Source of the DNA: a virus
Lineage: Duplodnaviria > Caudoviricetes
Virus record (IMG/VR): IMGVR_UViG_3300037471_001473
Span: 1-64,000 of that record
Strand: one strand, 5' to 3'
DNA: 64,000 nucleotides
Positions within the stretch are counted from its first letter, which is position 1; each line of letters begins with the position of its first letter. The position numbers and the translations under genes were made by a program. The notes beneath the pieces are model-generated. The model had not been told where the DNA came from, made no database searches, and saw only the letters and a program-made list of their open reading frames with translations. Shown here piece by piece: positions 63,301 through 64,000 of this stretch.

Positions 63301-64000
63301 TTGAAGGTGCCATCCCACGTGCCGGTGTACGTCCGATGGATCGGGTCGTAGTTCGTGGGGACCTGGATGATCAGGCCCTTCACGTGGTAGGCACGCTCGG
63401 GCACGTTGCTGAAGTAACGCGCGTCGATGCCGATGCCCACGAGCGCGCTGTACGGGTAGGTGTACTGCTCGTAGTTGATGATCGAGTAGCTGTCCCAGTA
63501 CAAGCCGTCGACCACCAGAGAGCTCGTCGCCTCGACCTTCACGCGCTCGACCGCGACCTCGTAGGGACCTGCCCCCAGGTCCTTCAGCGGCACCTCGTGC
63601 GAGCGCTGGTAGCGGCTCGTCGTCTTGCCCTGGATGTTGCCGTCGACGACCTTCACCCAGCTGCCCCCCACCACGCGCACGGAGATCGTGTAGGTGACGT
63701 AGCTGCCGTTGATCTTCCCTTCGCTGGTCGTCTCGGTCAGACCGTTGACCGACACGGTGACGCGCACGCTGTCAGCGGTGGCGTCGGGAATGCTGCGGAT
63801 CAACTTCCCCTGGGGCTGCAGAACGCGCAGAGACACCGCCACCTCTTGCGCGGAGCCAGCGAAGCCGGGCAACACGTTCTGGGTGGGGTAGCCGTTGACG
63901 GCCGTCCACTGGAACGGCTTGTAGTTGGCCGTGCCGCTCAGGTCGCGCAGCGGCACACCGTCCAGGTAGATCGAGAACTCGCCGTTGACCAGACCCCCCA
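60339..64000 (-). CDS. Central tail fibre / host-specificity protein J-like (5' end outside window)
   Basis: GLVNG..IYLDGVP, WSNNPAWCFYD, YCDEMVP, FRGMAYWS, DPDESFK, Fn3-like C-terminal repeats; frame open to 64000. Confidence 0.93.
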   Translation of the reverse strand, partial: GGLVNGEFSIYLDGVPLRDLSGTANYKPFQWTAVNGYPTQNVLPGFAGSAQEVAVSLRVLQPQGKLIRSIPDATADSVRVTVSVNGLTETTSEGKINGSYVTYTISVRVVGGSWVKVVDGNIQGKTTSRYQRSHEVPLKDLGAGPYEVAVERVKVEATSSLVVDGLYWDSYSIINYEQYTYPYSALVGIGIDARYFSNVPERAYHVKGLIIQVPTNYDPIHRTYTGTWDGTFKWAWSNNPAWCFYDLVTNARYGLGRRINGAAVPSKWELYQIAKYCDEMVPSGLANNLIGISLTGGVSKNGSISPAMPRYTGPYEPRFTLNVVLNTVDDAYKVISNLTSVFRGMAYWSGGQIVLSQDRPTPVSMLWNNANVIDGQFNYQGSSLAQRHTAITVGWNDPDESFKQKFEYVKDAEGIKRYGLRQTETVAFGTTSRGQARRVGLWMLYTERLETDAITFKAGLDSANVKPGDVGQILDRNRFGARWGGRVISATTSQVTLDAPVTLTPGVYTLSIMQKDGTVDSRSVNIVTAGDYTVLNMAASWTTAPAVMAVWVLSSATVSPMTVRVVSVKPSKGVYEITVLQHEPSKYDAIEQGLPLHVEDYSFLSYGAVPKVANLKAVESSYKPTVTSSVVTELDISWDKATDIMVRGYRVKVTNNATLVSQTLTETAEISATLQNLTVGNYTVTVNAINVLGAPGPDATYSITITGIDSTPPANVTGFAYQLNVANGLTLTWNPVADYIDAYEIREGTVWETATKVDRLNATSKTLGAVTAGTHNYLIKAIDTSGNLSTTATSLSVTVNAAAAPSPQWTLVGSDEIISWAIPSSVFKIDRYEIRVGATFAASVYVDTTKATSLRRKVDYVGGRTYWVTAYDVLDNAGAAGSLTVNINAPGDITAPRSEVVDNNVLLYWQPPATGSLPVDRYEVRKGASYAGGAVVGSNGNSTFCGVFEQQSGTYSYWVAAIDTAGNVGSSKAITATVSQPPDYVLRTSIDSAFAGTKTNALIDNGRLLLPVNVAETFAQHFTNNGWSTPNAQVSAGYPLYVDPTPSSGSYDETFDYGTVLPATNIVVTIGSAVVQGTPNLSLQIYYKQNLGDAWIAATVNSYSVLATNFRYVRVVATVTGSTGKDLLSINSLNVKLSSKLKTDSGTYTITDANAGATVTFNVPFIDADTPSCQANSTTPIFEAVSFADLPNPTTFTVWHYNSAGAKVTGSGSWTARGY

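Noticed and set aside
58933-64000. Diversity-generating retroelement or invertible tail-fibre cassette
   Set aside because: No reverse transcriptase, template/variable repeat pair, invertase or duplicated fibre tip found

Overview
The whole window is tailed dsDNA phage sequence (GC-rich, roughly two-thirds by eye). The host is probably a betaproteobacterium, judged from a Burkholderiales-style PEP-CTERM gene. No host chromosomal genes, integrase, tRNA or CRISPR array were recognised. Layout: (1) 1-6077, minus strand: packaging block with portal, GpA-type large terminase, probable small terminase, multi-HTH and tandem-RHH regulators. (2) 6078-9161: divergent, largely non-coding control region with two perfect 18-bp inverted repeats, a 15-unit 11-bp phased array, homopolymer tracts and one Ala-rich gene. 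(3) 9162-33185, plus strand: about 70 small, tightly coupled early genes, many behind a shared ACCAAGGAACCACC-type ribosome-binding leader. These include J-domain, KTSC and MazG-like genes and a signal-peptide/PEP-CTERM surface protein. (4) 33318-55518, plus strand: replication and nucleotide metabolism (SNF2-like helicase, AEP primase-helicase, DEDDh exonuclease, DUF5664-like, TraR/DksA, full-length Pol I, resolvase, ligase, SbcDC, MazG, dCMP deaminase, ThyA). (5) 55573-64000, minus strand: lysis cassette and tail fibre/tail-tip genes. The head-tail block is presumably the part outside the window. All family calls come from motifs recognised by eye; no database search was run. The most novel-looking items are the phage-borne PEP-CTERM cassette with a sigma54-like promoter, the repeat architecture at 8.3-8.9 kb, and a Pol I motif-B Tyr-to-Asn change next to several nucleotide pyrophosphohydrolases.
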